Below are positions 1 to 10,536 of a DNA stretch of 64,000 bases, piece after piece (the first letter of the stretch is position 1; each line of letters begins with the position of its first letter). The notes beneath the pieces were generated by a model. That model did no database searches. It was not told the DNA's origin and saw only the letters and a list, made by a program, of their open reading frames with translations. Location: assembly GCA_044221725.1 (NCBI GenBank), contig JBGAON010000003.1, positions 384,001 through 448,000 of the forward strand. Reading direction: 5' to 3'. The DNA is from Elusimicrobiota bacterium. GTDB taxonomy: Bacteria; Elusimicrobiota; Elusimicrobia; F11. A program made the translations under genes and the position numbers.

Positions 1-223
1 TCCCATAACTCTTAAGCGCTTGATAAATTTCGTCTTCACCCACATGATGATGCGCTGATAGCAGATAATCGAGAATGCGGCTGCGCTGCTGTGTCATGCG
101 CATTCCTCTTTCATGGTGGTATTTCTCAAAGAGCTCGCGAATGCGGTCGGCGTAGCCGTTCCGGCCGGCAACCCAGGACGGGAAATAAACCAGTTCTTCT
201 TTGTTCGTAATCGGGGCTGACAT
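1..223 (-). CDS. Fur family transcriptional regulator, N-terminal part (runs off the window edge)
   Basis: Not in the ORF track. Manual translation from ATG at 223: MSAPITNKEE...GMRMTQQRSRILDYLLSAHHHVGEDEIYQALKSYG, matching the Fur pattern RxTxQRxxIL..H..aeeIY. Confidence 0.8.
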   Translation of the reverse strand, partial: MSAPITNKEELVYFPSWVAGRNGYADRIRELFEKYHHERGMRMTQQRSRILDYLLSAHHHVGEDEIYQALKSYG

Positions 224-254
224 GGATCTTATTATACGCTAATGATGCAATTGC

Positions 255-1349
255 TTAATGAGACAGATTGTAAATTGATCGGCAAAGGTACCCCCCCGCA
301 ACTCCTAGATAGGTGCCCAAAACGGCTCCAAAAACGGCCATGAGCACGCCGATATGCGCGGTGCGTAGTCGGTAGGTCTCAGAAACAATTGGCGCAGAAA
401 CCGCTCCGCCAATGTTCGCTTGGCTGGCCGTGGCGAGCAGAAAAAAGGGTGTTTGAAAATATTTCCCCAACAGGACCGATAAGACGCCATGTATTCCGAG
501 CGTCAGAACGCCGTACAAAAGATAAATGGGGGCGCCCAGCGTCGCCGTCAGCGTTGTCTTTGCGCCGATGGTGATGAGAACCAAATAAAGCAGAAGCGTT
601 CCAATGTTTTGTGTTCCCCACCTTTTTATTTTTTTTAGCGGAGTGAGAGCCAAGAGAAGGGCCAACGTCGATGCGCAAAGCAATGTCCAACCGTTCGTCG
701 GAAAGAATTTTGCGAGGCTGCCGATCTGTTTGCCGAGCATCACGCACAATTCTCCAATCGCAAAACCGATAGCAATCACAAGAATTGTTGGCGCGGAAAA
801 CCAACGGAATTTATTCTCTTCGCGTGTTTGATGAAATTGGGACTCATTTTCTGTGGACGTCCACGACGGCTCGTCAAAGTTCTTTTGAAACTTGGCTCCC
901 GATAATAAAAACGCCATCCACGCGTACGAAAGCAGTGTGTCCACGATAACCAGAATACTGAGCCCACCGTCGGAAAGTCCGAGGATTTCTTTTACGGCCA
1001 CCATGTTCGCGCTGCCACCGATCCACGTACCCATCAGCGCGCCCACCGCTTTCCACGCTTCGCCTGGAAGGAAATTCATGAAGAGCACGTAGACAAATAT
1101 TTGCGCGAAGAAAATTGTTCCGGTGCCGATCGCCATCGCAACCATGGCCTTGGGGCCAATTTTCACCAGATCGGAAAGTGGCGCCCCCACGAGCATGAGA
1201 ACAATTGCGACGGGCAAAACGTGGCGCGTGGTCCAATCGTACGCAAAGGATTCGTGCGGCAAAATGCCAACGGTTCCGGCGACAATGGAAAGAAAATAAA
1301 CCCAAAACGGAATCGGCAGAATGTCGAGAATTTTCTCGACAACTTTCAA
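255..1349 (-). CDS. DUF819 family membrane protein
   Basis: Polytopic; motifs GTWIGGSANMVA and ASQANIGG..SAP. Probable TTG start at 1349 overlaps the upstream permease stop; the track start at 1652 lies inside the permease gene. Confidence 0.8.
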   Translation of the reverse strand: MKVVEKILDILPIPFWVYFLSIVAGTVGILPHESFAYDWTTRHVLPVAIVLMLVGAPLSDLVKIGPKAMVAMAIGTGTIFFAQIFVYVLFMNFLPGEAWKAVGALMGTWIGGSANMVAVKEILGLSDGGLSILVIVDTLLSYAWMAFLLSGAKFQKNFDEPSWTSTENESQFHQTREENKFRWFSAPTILVIAIGFAIGELCVMLGKQIGSLAKFFPTNGWTLLCASTLALLLALTPLKKIKRWGTQNIGTLLLYLVLITIGAKTTLTATLGAPIYLLYGVLTLGIHGVLSVLLGKYFQTPFFLLATASQANIGGAVSAPIVSETYRLRTAHIGVLMAVFGAVLGTYLGVAGGYLCRSIYNLSH

Positions 1350-2659
1350 ACGGCGTGTTTCCTTTTCCACGCGTAATACGCGGGAATGCCCAAGACAAAT
1401 ACAAGAATTCCGATGGGACCGTAAATGCCACGTTCGAGGATTTTTGCGTACAACATCAGGCACGAGATAACAACGAACACGGCCGGTGTTAGCGGATAAC
1501 CCCAGCATTTGTAGGGCCGCGGCAAATTCGGTTGCTTCTTTCGGAAAACAAAAATCGAAAGCACCGTCATCAAAGAGATTATGACGAGCGGCACCGACAA
1601 AACTTTCAAAATAATTTCGAAATTGCCGATGAGAATTAGTCCGCAGGCCCATACACCTTCAAACCAAATGGCGCCGTTTGGTGTGTTGTATGTCGGATGA
1701 ACAAACGATCCGAAATCAAAAAAGTAACCATCGCGACTCAGCGCAAACAACGTGCGTGGGTTTGATAACAATGTCGCCGACAGGCAACCGAGCACCGATG
1801 TTGCGACGAGAATTGTAATGAGATTGGAAGCAAACGGACCGAAGAGATTTGTGGCCGCCGTGTGCGCAACTTTTACTTCTCCGACGAGTGTCGGCAGTGG
1901 AATCGCGTACAAGTAAACGGCGTTCATTGCGAGATAAATGATTGTCGTGGCGAGCGTGCCAATCACGAGCGACATCGGAATAAGCCGTCCCGGATTTTTT
2001 ACTTCTTCGGCGACAAAGACGGCGGAATTCCAACCGGAATACGTGAATGCCATTGGTACAAGCGCCGCAGCGATCGCCATCGCAGCGTGGGATGTCGATC
2101 CAGAGAAAAGCGGTTGGAAATGGGCGATGTTTCCATGTCCGATGAACCATCCCAGCACGGCCAGCGCAAACATCGCCACAACTTTTAATGATGTGATGCC
2201 ATCCATCACCGAAGCGCCAAGTTTAAGACCGCGCGTGTTTAAAAATGTGAACAACAAGACAATTGCCACGCAGAAAATTTTCGTCGAGAAAAGCGCCGTG
2301 TTCATGCCGGCGTATTCCGCGAATCCAATCGCCAGCAAAGCGATGGTTCCCGGCGTGGTCACAAGCGAATAAGCCCAGCCGTACAAAAATCCCCAAAGCG
2401 GTCCGTACGCTTCGCGCAAAAAAACGTAGTTCCCCCCCGCTTTCGGCATCATTGCGCCGAGTTCCCCATACGTCAGGGCTCCAACAAGCGCCATGAGTCC
2501 GCCGATCGTCCACGCGAGCAACACCCAACCCGCGGACGGTAGGTCGCGCGCGATTTCTCCGGGCGTTGTAAAAATGCCGACGCCGATGATGTTACCGATC
2601 ACCAGCAACACGCACGTAAAAAGCCCGAGCTCTCTTTTTAATTCGGGTGGATTGTTCAT
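1346..2659 (-). CDS. APC family amino acid/peptide permease
   Basis: LKRELGL, IIGVGIF, YGELGAMMPKAGG and FTYSGWN..EEVKNP motifs; about 12 hydrophobic segments. Confidence 0.9.
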   Translation of the reverse strand: MNNPPELKRELGLFTCVLLVIGNIIGVGIFTTPGEIARDLPSAGWVLLAWTIGGLMALVGALTYGELGAMMPKAGGNYVFLREAYGPLWGFLYGWAYSLVTTPGTIALLAIGFAEYAGMNTALFSTKIFCVAIVLLFTFLNTRGLKLGASVMDGITSLKVVAMFALAVLGWFIGHGNIAHFQPLFSGSTSHAAMAIAAALVPMAFTYSGWNSAVFVAEEVKNPGRLIPMSLVIGTLATTIIYLAMNAVYLYAIPLPTLVGEVKVAHTAATNLFGPFASNLITILVATSVLGCLSATLLSNPRTLFALSRDGYFFDFGSFVHPTYNTPNGAIWFEGVWACGLILIGNFEIILKVLSVPLVIISLMTVLSIFVFRKKQPNLPRPYKCWGYPLTPAVFVVISCLMLYAKILERGIYGPIGILVFVLGIPAYYAWKRKHAV

Positions 2660-3483
2660 TGTTCCTCCGGAAAGAAAGTGCCAAACGTTACAACGCGATC
2701 ACCGACGACAGTGCCATTCGATAGTTCAGAAAGCGATTTCCCAAATCTGTCCATGAACGAAATTTCGCGAACCTTTTCGCCGGTCTGTGGCGCTTCAATT
2801 AGTGTCTCGTTCCCTCCGTAAAGCGCGACGTGTACAATTTTTTCGGGGTTGTCCGCTTTCGCGAGAAAAATGAGATCGGCGGATTTAAGATTCTTTGGTT
2901 CCAACTTTCGCGCCTTCATCGACTGTTCGTGCGCGTCGCGTGGCACAAGCCATCCCACTTGTCGGTACGACCAATTTACGAGCCCCGAACAGTCGACGCC
3001 GGTCAGAACCTTTTTATTTTTTGGATTGTACAGCGAGCGTCCGCCCCAAAAATACGGAGCTCCCAAATGCCGCTTTGCTTCGTTGAGAATTTGCCAACGC
3101 AAATCCTTATCGAGTTCTTTCGGCTCCGTTATCGGCTTTTCGAGCGACGCGTTTTCCGACAAATATTTCCTCTCAATCCAACCGGGATAACCTTGCCACT
3201 CGTTTTTGTGAGTGAATTCCATTTGCTGCGGACATTCCACGCGCATCCAGTTGCCGTCGCGTTCGTAAACGAGCACCGGTTCTCCGTGCTCGACCTGCGT
3301 TTCTTGGAGTGCGTCGTACTTGTAAATATTTTTCGACGGTTTCATTTCACTTCTCACATCGGCGACATCGGCTTTCACAAAATATTTTTTTGGTGGATTA
3401 AACGTTTTTGGAGCGGCGACGGCTGCCGCGGCGATCATCATTCCGGTGGAAACACCAATCACGATTTTCAAATTATTTTTCAT
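2656..3483 (-). CDS. NlpC/P60 (C40) peptidase with SH3b-like N-terminus, YkfC-like
   Basis: Signal peptide, PYFWGG, GVDCSGLV (catalytic Cys), PRDAHEQ, HVALY. Confidence 0.88.
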   Translation of the reverse strand: MKNNLKIVIGVSTGMMIAAAAVAAPKTFNPPKKYFVKADVADVRSEMKPSKNIYKYDALQETQVEHGEPVLVYERDGNWMRVECPQQMEFTHKNEWQGYPGWIERKYLSENASLEKPITEPKELDKDLRWQILNEAKRHLGAPYFWGGRSLYNPKNKKVLTGVDCSGLVNWSYRQVGWLVPRDAHEQSMKARKLEPKNLKSADLIFLAKADNPEKIVHVALYGGNETLIEAPQTGEKVREISFMDRFGKSLSELSNGTVVGDRVVTFGTFFPEEQ

Positions 3484-5228
3484 TTGGGATGCATCTCCAT
3501 GAACTGCAAGATCCCGGTGATAAGGCTATCGGCAACGAGGTGCTGATGCCGCGGCGTCATCATCAGTTCTTCGTATTCGGGCAATATTAAAAACGCCTGC
3601 TCCAAAAGTATCGCTGGCATTTGCGTCATGCGACAGACGGCCAGGTTTGATCGCCAAAGTCCTTCGTCACGAATTCCGGTTTTTTGTCCGTACACTTCAT
3701 GAATGGATTCGGCGAACGCGTGACTTTGCGGATGATAGTAATGCACGCTGTATCCTTGGACTTCGCGCGGATCTTGACCGTCACCGCATGCGTCGGCATG
3801 GATCGAAACATAGAGATGGGCTTTCTCACGCCACGCAATATTCGTGCGTTCTTGCAGCGAAATTTCCTTTGTGCCGTCTTGAATCATCACGACGTCGGCT
3901 CCGCGCTTTTCCATTTCTTGCTTGACGACCTTCGCTACCGAAAGCGTGATCGACGCTTCGGTGTTTCCCCACGGCCCGATCGTGCCAAAACTTTGCGCCG
4001 AATGTCCGGCGTCAATGGCGACCTTTAAGCCCTTCATTGAATAACCTTTGCCGGCGTAAGGCGGGCGGTGCCGAATTTCCACAAACATTGTTGTTCCGTC
4101 GTATCGAACATCGTATCCCCACGGTTGATCCTGATGCGTGCGAATGTCGAACACGCACGTGGTGGGTTCGCTTTGGTACCACGTGATCTCTTCAATGACC
4201 GAATCTTTTGTTTTGTACCGGATCCGATCGGAGTCGGCGACAACTCCGAAGAGCGTCAGCTGAAGGCGGTGAGGATTCGTAAATTGTTCGATTCGGTGCG
4301 GATGTCGGAACTGCAGCGGAATTTCAATGATCGTGCTTGTTTCGTTTGCGGTGACGCGCAAGTTTCGTGTGACACTACGAGCGGGCAGTGTGCCCTTTGG
4401 TAATTCGACGGCCGCATTCTTTTTAACCCAGCCTTGATTTGTTTCACCGAGGCCAACGCGTAAAAAATCTCCCTGTTCCCCGGTGACTTCGAGTCGCGTT
4501 CCCTGAAGACTGAACAAATTGTACCCGTAGTCCGCCTCGGGACCCGTCAGTAAAACGCTATCTTCTTTTAGCTCAATCATGCGTGGCGTCTTTCGCCGTT
4601 GCACCGTGATATCCGCCTCGCCTTTGACGGTGATTTTTTTTCCATCGCGTCGCTTCAGTGTAAACGCAACATTTTCATTTTCGAATTTGTCTTCGGGGCG
4701 CACCGTGTAAATGGCTTTGTAGATTCCGGGAACCGCGCCTTGATTGTCTTCGAGCGCGAAAGTTTCGGTTTGATTTTTGAAATGGAAAGACGCTTTGCCG
4801 CCGGGCGCCGCCTGAATAGTGAAATTAATTGCATCGCCGGGCCGCACCACATATCGTCCTTTTGGAGAAAGAACATCAATCTTCCCGTACGTCGAAGGAT
4901 ACGTGGCCAACCCGCCAGCAACATTCACGGTGCGGACCACTGTCGCGGTGGACACGCCATCGAACGCGACCGCCTCGATCTTAAATTTCCCTTCTTGAAA
5001 CGGAATCATCACAAGAAACCCACCGTTCGCGTACGGTTTCACGGGCATGCCGTTGATCGTGAGCGTTGCGGACGCCGGAAGAACCGAACCAAACACAAAC
5101 GACTGTTTCACGTTTGCAATATTGGAGTTTTCGTAGGGTTGAATGATGCGAAGGAACGTTTCGGCTTGAGACGAGATCGGTGCGAGAAAAGACACGACGA
5201 TAAAAGCAAAAGCGCGTGATATTTTCAT
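3480..5228 (-). CDS. N-acetylmuramoyl-L-alanine amidase (Amidase_3) with large N-terminal extension
   Basis: C-terminal VAIDAGH, E, SIHAD and PAILLE zinc motifs. Signal peptide from ATG at 5228 (MKISRAF...). Confidence 0.88.
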   Translation of the reverse strand: MKISRAFAFIVVSFLAPISSQAETFLRIIQPYENSNIANVKQSFVFGSVLPASATLTINGMPVKPYANGGFLVMIPFQEGKFKIEAVAFDGVSTATVVRTVNVAGGLATYPSTYGKIDVLSPKGRYVVRPGDAINFTIQAAPGGKASFHFKNQTETFALEDNQGAVPGIYKAIYTVRPEDKFENENVAFTLKRRDGKKITVKGEADITVQRRKTPRMIELKEDSVLLTGPEADYGYNLFSLQGTRLEVTGEQGDFLRVGLGETNQGWVKKNAAVELPKGTLPARSVTRNLRVTANETSTIIEIPLQFRHPHRIEQFTNPHRLQLTLFGVVADSDRIRYKTKDSVIEEITWYQSEPTTCVFDIRTHQDQPWGYDVRYDGTTMFVEIRHRPPYAGKGYSMKGLKVAIDAGHSAQSFGTIGPWGNTEASITLSVAKVVKQEMEKRGADVVMIQDGTKEISLQERTNIAWREKAHLYVSIHADACGDGQDPREVQGYSVHYYHPQSHAFAESIHEVYGQKTGIRDEGLWRSNLAVCRMTQMPAILLEQAFLILPEYEELMMTPRHQHLVADSLITGILQFMEMHPK

Positions 5229-5248
5229 AGGGGATTTCCGGATCATAA

Positions 5249-8095
5249 CTAAAACGAAGGCGCGACGCTGATGTACCACACATCGCCCCCGGTGTCGGTT
5301 CGGTGCGCCCACTGCACCGTGAGATTGAGTTGAAACGATTGCAAAATGAACGTGGGCCACGAAACGCCAAGGCCGGCGGAATTATCAAGCTTCGTTGCAT
5401 CGAACGCGTTTCTTTCTTCGGTGCTGTCCCAACCATAACCAGCATCTTCGAAAACGATGAGATACGCCGCCTTAAAGAAAAAATCCGGAAAAAGAAAAGA
5501 TGTTCGCGTGTTCAAATATTTGATTCGCAATCGCAGCTCCGCACTGCCGAGAGCGACATTGGATTTTTTATTGGCGTCGGATCCGGACGACACGCCGCGA
5601 ATTTTGTCGATGCCGCCCAGCCGAAACACTTGTTTTTCTTCGCCGATGCTGCGTCCATAAAAAAGCCTCGTGGCGAGCGTGCTTTCGCCCGGAATTGGAA
5701 AATATTGCACGCCCTCGATAAGCCCGGTCTTGTACGACTGATCGCCGCCGAGTTTGCTGGCCCCCTGCTGATACGTGACGCCGAGCCGCTGTCCTTTCGT
5801 GGGAATGAGATACCGACCTGTCACGGTATCGTACTGATAACCGGCGAGCCCAAAACGATCGTGAAAGTTTGTATCGGGTTCGGAACCATCAAAGAAAACA
5901 TCTTCACGATCCGTGACACCGACTCCTGCAATAACGGACGATACGCGGTCCAACGGATAGGTAACGAGTCCAAACCCCGAAACCTCTCGCCGCTGCGAAT
6001 CTTGAGTAAAGTCGCGATAGTACCGAAGACTATGCACCCCGATAGAAAAGCTTGGTCGGAAGCGCGCGTACGTGTAGAGCACACTCAGGTCCATTGTGTT
6101 TCCACCCGACGCGTATTGCGCTTGCTGTTGAAACACATGATTGCCGAGCAGGTCTGAGTATTGCCAAACGTCCATCACCACAAAACCATCGACCGACGAA
6201 TAAAAGAAAAACGGAATGAACAAATCGGTGGATCCTTTAAAACGGTACGGTCGACCCACGGTGGAAAACAAGGGTTCATCTTTCCCCGGAGGCCAAGCGA
6301 GTATCGGTCGACTCTTTTGTTTTCGAGCTTCTCCCTCTCCCAATAAACCAGCGTCGATAATTTTTTCGTTTTGAGATGGTTTTTCGAGATCCCATGTTCC
6401 TTTGTAAATGTGTTTCTCTCCGGCATCGAAGCCGACATAATAAAGCGCGTGATTGGCAGCGGAATAGCGCGGCGAGAACCCACCGCCAATGAAATTCGTG
6501 AGACGCGTCTCATGGCCCGCCGTGTCGCGGTGGTACAAATTAAATCCGAACGTCTCTTTATCGTCGCGATCTCTCACGTAAACGATCGATCCATCGGGAA
6601 GAACCTCGGGCTCCAATTCGGATCCGACATGATCGGTGATCTGCCGCAACTGCTTCGTCTGGATGTCGAGCAGAAACAGATTGCGGTACCGTGGTTCGGA
6701 CAAATCCTCGGACATTACCTCGCCGGAAAAGACGATCGATTTCCCGTCCGGTGTGAACGTGGGATTCCGTTCGTCTTGCGGTGTGTTGGTCAAGCGTTCG
6801 ATGAGCCGCGCTTTGCGGTCGATGAGGTAGAGATCGTTAACGCCGCGCGTCATGCCGGTGCACACGAGCCGATCGTTGTCCACCGGAGAAAAAACCGGAA
6901 AGCGAATTTCGTCGAAGGGAATTGCGTAACGCTTCGCTTTATGTTTTTTAAGATCGTAGATGTAAAGATAATCGCGTTGCTCTTTTTCCGCAGAAAATGC
7001 GAGCCAGCGTCCGTCCGGTGAAATCGAAAGACCGCGGCCGCCCGAATGCAAATATTCGTACAGGTTGTATTTGAGTGGCAGGATCGGTTTTGTCTTCGAT
7101 GTGTCGAGATTCAACTCCATCAATTGCTCGGGCCCGCCGCGGTCGCTAAAGAAATAAATTTTCTTCCCGTCCGGGGAGACGACGGGATTCTGATTGAATT
7201 GCGGAATGAGATCGGACGGCGTGAGTTTTTGTCCGTACGCTGACGGTGACGCCGCGTCTTTGTAAAGCGCGGCGTATTTTTCCCCCACCCATTCGCGAAA
7301 CCGGAAATCAAACCAATTGAGGTCGCAACCGATCACGGCCTGAAGGGCGCTTGAAACATCGAAAAAATCTTTCATTGCGAACATAAACTCATGCAGTTTC
7401 TCTTCGCCGTATTCTTCTTTGAGAAAGGTGATTGCTGCGTCTCCCGTTTTGTATCCGAGCGTGACTTGATTCGGCTTTAAGTGCGCGAAGCCCTGCAGTT
7501 CGGCGAGCGGTGGCAATTGGTTGTGCGCGTACGCGTCGCGCACGACCATGTCGCCCGTCGCATCATCAATATCTCCCGATCCAAATTCAGCGGAGCCTTC
7601 CATCATCCAGAGCGGATAAAAAGGAGATTTTAAAAGCCGAATGGATTTCCACCAGCCACCGTAAAGAATGTTGAATTGCATCACGTGAGTGAATTCGTGG
7701 TAAATCACGTGGCGCAGCCACTCTTCGGATCCGTCGTTGAAAATTACGAGACGATTTTTAAAAGCTTCGGTGACACCGCCCGTTCCTTCGCCAATTGGAA
7801 CAATATTCGTTTGCTCGAACTGATTGTGATTGGAATAAAAGAAAAACGGAGTCCGATCGGGAACGTAGTAGTTGTACGCTTTTCCCACGTCGGCCCACGC
7901 CGCTTCGAGATAATGCGCCATGCGCGGCACAATCGCCTCGGTGTCTTTATCGTAATAGATGTCGAAGTGCGGCGTGCGGATCGTCATCCATTTGAAATGG
8001 TCCCGTCGGACGTTGTTTTCAACCGCGAAGGTGGGAAGTGTACAGAGGAAGGTTAAAACGAAAAACGGGACGTGTTTACGACGTAAAAACGACAT
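5249..8095 (-). CDS. Secreted gluzincin-like peptidase + PD40/TolB propeller + Omp85/BamA-type barrel protein
   Basis: Signal peptide; HEFTH plus downstream MEGSAE; repeated SPDG/TPDG; FRLGG..IRG loop; terminal Phe. Confidence 0.75.
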   Translation of the reverse strand: MSFLRRKHVPFFVLTFLCTLPTFAVENNVRRDHFKWMTIRTPHFDIYYDKDTEAIVPRMAHYLEAAWADVGKAYNYYVPDRTPFFFYSNHNQFEQTNIVPIGEGTGGVTEAFKNRLVIFNDGSEEWLRHVIYHEFTHVMQFNILYGGWWKSIRLLKSPFYPLWMMEGSAEFGSGDIDDATGDMVVRDAYAHNQLPPLAELQGFAHLKPNQVTLGYKTGDAAITFLKEEYGEEKLHEFMFAMKDFFDVSSALQAVIGCDLNWFDFRFREWVGEKYAALYKDAASPSAYGQKLTPSDLIPQFNQNPVVSPDGKKIYFFSDRGGPEQLMELNLDTSKTKPILPLKYNLYEYLHSGGRGLSISPDGRWLAFSAEKEQRDYLYIYDLKKHKAKRYAIPFDEIRFPVFSPVDNDRLVCTGMTRGVNDLYLIDRKARLIERLTNTPQDERNPTFTPDGKSIVFSGEVMSEDLSEPRYRNLFLLDIQTKQLRQITDHVGSELEPEVLPDGSIVYVRDRDDKETFGFNLYHRDTAGHETRLTNFIGGGFSPRYSAANHALYYVGFDAGEKHIYKGTWDLEKPSQNEKIIDAGLLGEGEARKQKSRPILAWPPGKDEPLFSTVGRPYRFKGSTDLFIPFFFYSSVDGFVVMDVWQYSDLLGNHVFQQQAQYASGGNTMDLSVLYTYARFRPSFSIGVHSLRYYRDFTQDSQRREVSGFGLVTYPLDRVSSVIAGVGVTDREDVFFDGSEPDTNFHDRFGLAGYQYDTVTGRYLIPTKGQRLGVTYQQGASKLGGDQSYKTGLIEGVQYFPIPGESTLATRLFYGRSIGEEKQVFRLGGIDKIRGVSSGSDANKKSNVALGSAELRLRIKYLNTRTSFLFPDFFFKAAYLIVFEDAGYGWDSTEERNAFDATKLDNSAGLGVSWPTFILQSFQLNLTVQWAHRTDTGGDVWYISVAPSF

Positions 8096-8140
8096 GCCCC
8101 AAGTCTAACAGGGGTTCCCGTTTCGAAAAAGGGTTTTGAA

Positions 8141-9820
8141 TTATTTGTCGTCGGTCCAGCCGGTCGTTTCGCCGAGCGAAAACGTTTCGTTTTTGCCGCT
8201 GTATTTCTTCAGAAGTTCTTTCTCTTGTGTCTTTTCGTATTTGCGAATGGAAAGTTCGATCTTGCGTTCTTTCTTCTGAATTTTGATGACGCTGGCCGTA
8301 ACTTTGTCGCCTTCTTTGTACGCCGGAATTTGCGCTGCAGACTTGTCGCGCGACGACCGGTCGTCGAACATCGAGCGTTCGTTCTGCATTTCCGAATGAC
8401 GAACAATGCCCTCGACGCCGGACTCGAGCTTCACAATCATTCCGAACTCGCCCACTTTTGAAACCGTGCCGTCCACATCTTGGCCAACTTTGAGATTCTT
8501 CATCGGGTCCGGCGTTAGCTGCTTGAGGCCCAATGACATTTTTTCTTCTTGTGGGTTAACTTCCAAAACAATCGCCGTGACTTTGTCGCCCACTTTTAAA
8601 ACTTGCGAAGGATTCTGATACCGTTCGGTCCAGGAAATATCCTGCGTTTTCAGCAACGCTTCGACGCCGGCCGGAATTTTAATGAACGCGCCAAAATTCG
8701 CGAGGTGGCTCACGACGCCTTCGATTTTCGATCCGATCGGATGATCGGCGAGCGTTTTTTCCCACGGGCTTTGACCAAGACGTTTCAAGCTCAACGAAAT
8801 TTTTTCTTTCTCGCGATCGATCGCAATAAGCTTCGCTTCAATCTGTTGTCCGACTTTAAGAACCGCGCTGGGCTTCTTGACTTTTTCGGTCCACGAAAAT
8901 TCGGAAACGTGAATCATTCCTTCGACGCCCGGCTCAATTTCCACGAACGCTCCGAAATCCGCGAGTCCCGTCACCTTTCCAGAAACCGTCGATCCCACCG
9001 GATGTCGCGACTCGATGCCATCCCACGGATGTTGAAGAAGCTGTTTTCGTCCGAGCGAAATGCGGTTCGATGTCGTGTCGTATTTCAAAACTTTAACATC
9101 GAGCTCGTCGCCCACCTTCAAGACTTTGGCTGGATTATCAACGCGGTTCCAGGCGATGTCCGAAACATGAAGCAACCCTTCGATGCCGCCAATATCGACA
9201 AACGCTCCGAACTGTGTGAGTCCGGTGACGCGGCCTTTAAAAACTTGTCCCACCTGCAAGGTTTGAAGCGTTTCTGCGCGCTTCACGGCTTTTTCTTGCG
9301 CGATCACGCGGCGGCGCGACACGAGAACATTTCCCTTTGCTTTGTCCATCTCAAGAATCAAAACTTGTACGGATTTTCCGACCCACTGTTCCGGATTTGC
9401 GATTTGCTTGTCATCGAGCTGCGAGGCTGGCATGAAGGCATCGAGACCAATATCAACGATGAAGCCACCTTTTATTTTTTGCGTAATCTTTCCGTCGACC
9501 GGTTGTTGGCTCTTCTGAATTTCGGCGAGTTTGTCCCAGTTCTGACGTTCCCGCGCTTGGCGCCACGAAACAAGCGGGCGACCTTCGGGACCATTTTCAC
9601 GGATAAGCAGAAGTTGAAGTTGCGTGCCAACGGCGGGCGGAGTGCCACCAAATTCTTTGTTCAAAAGAGCCGCTTCTTGTTTAAGACCGACGTTAATTAG
9701 CACGTGTGTGTCGGTATGTCCGACCACCGTTCCTTCGACAATGGCTCCGGGCGTCGCGCCAGCGGTTTGTGCGAGGATTTCGTCCATGCTGAATTCTTCG
9801 GTCATAACAGTGCTCTCCAT
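8141..9820 (-). CDS. rpsA: 30S ribosomal protein S1
   Basis: Tandem S1 domains (FGAFVDIGGIEGLLHVSDI, FGAFVEIEPGVEGMIHVSE). Confidence 0.95.
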   Translation of the reverse strand: MESTVMTEEFSMDEILAQTAGATPGAIVEGTVVGHTDTHVLINVGLKQEAALLNKEFGGTPPAVGTQLQLLLIRENGPEGRPLVSWRQARERQNWDKLAEIQKSQQPVDGKITQKIKGGFIVDIGLDAFMPASQLDDKQIANPEQWVGKSVQVLILEMDKAKGNVLVSRRRVIAQEKAVKRAETLQTLQVGQVFKGRVTGLTQFGAFVDIGGIEGLLHVSDIAWNRVDNPAKVLKVGDELDVKVLKYDTTSNRISLGRKQLLQHPWDGIESRHPVGSTVSGKVTGLADFGAFVEIEPGVEGMIHVSEFSWTEKVKKPSAVLKVGQQIEAKLIAIDREKEKISLSLKRLGQSPWEKTLADHPIGSKIEGVVSHLANFGAFIKIPAGVEALLKTQDISWTERYQNPSQVLKVGDKVTAIVLEVNPQEEKMSLGLKQLTPDPMKNLKVGQDVDGTVSKVGEFGMIVKLESGVEGIVRHSEMQNERSMFDDRSSRDKSAAQIPAYKEGDKVTASVIKIQKKERKIELSIRKYEKTQEKELLKKYSGKNETFSLGETTGWTDDK

Positions 9821-9918
9821 GATAATTTTCCTTTTCTAGATTTCGAACCAACACAATCAACTTGTTTTGACCGGCAGGTAGGCAATCGGAATGATTTACT
9901 GAGGGTGCGTGTAGAGTA

Positions 9919-10536
9919 TCATATTTTCCCGTCAACAATCCTTGTTTTGATCTTGGCCATTTCTACCATGACTTGATCGGCAAGTTCTTGGTAGGAGCCG
10001 TAATCTTTCGGCGACAACGGTGTGCCGAAGGCCACCGTTACCGGCCGGAAATATTTGAGATATCCCGAGTTATGAATGTACGTTGGGATAACGGGGCAAT
10101 TGGCAAGCGTCGCCAGCATGCCCACGCCCGCTTTGGCGGGAGCGAAAGCGTCTTCATCAATGCGGCGGCCTTCTGGAAAAAGAATAAGGATGTTTCCATT
10201 ATCCAAGATCTCTTTGGCCGCTTTAAAGCCGGCGATGTCTTGCCTTCCTCTCTTAATGGGATGCGCGTTTAAATTCTTTATGAGCCACCCAAAAGGCCTA
10301 AATTCAAACAACTCCGATTTTGCAAGAAAATGCACCATCCGAGGAGACGAAGAACCCATGAGCGGTGGATCGGTGTACGATCGGTGATTCGCTGCGATAA
10401 TCGCTGTTCCCTGTCGAGGAATATTTTCTTGCCCGATCACCCGCAACCGCCAAATTAGTTTAAAAAGAACAAGGCAGGTGTTTCTAGCGAACCAATACAA
10501 CAACGGCTGATAAAACGGATTTTTTACTTTTGACAC
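9919..10536 (-). CDS. plsC: 1-acyl-sn-glycerol-3-phosphate acyltransferase
   Basis: NHRSYTD and FPEGRR motifs. Probable GTG start at 10536 overlaps the aroA end. Confidence 0.88.
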   Translation of the reverse strand: MSKVKNPFYQPLLYWFARNTCLVLFKLIWRLRVIGQENIPRQGTAIIAANHRSYTDPPLMGSSSPRMVHFLAKSELFEFRPFGWLIKNLNAHPIKRGRQDIAGFKAAKEILDNGNILILFPEGRRIDEDAFAPAKAGVGMLATLANCPVIPTYIHNSGYLKYFRPVTVAFGTPLSPKDYGSYQELADQVMVEMAKIKTRIVDGKI

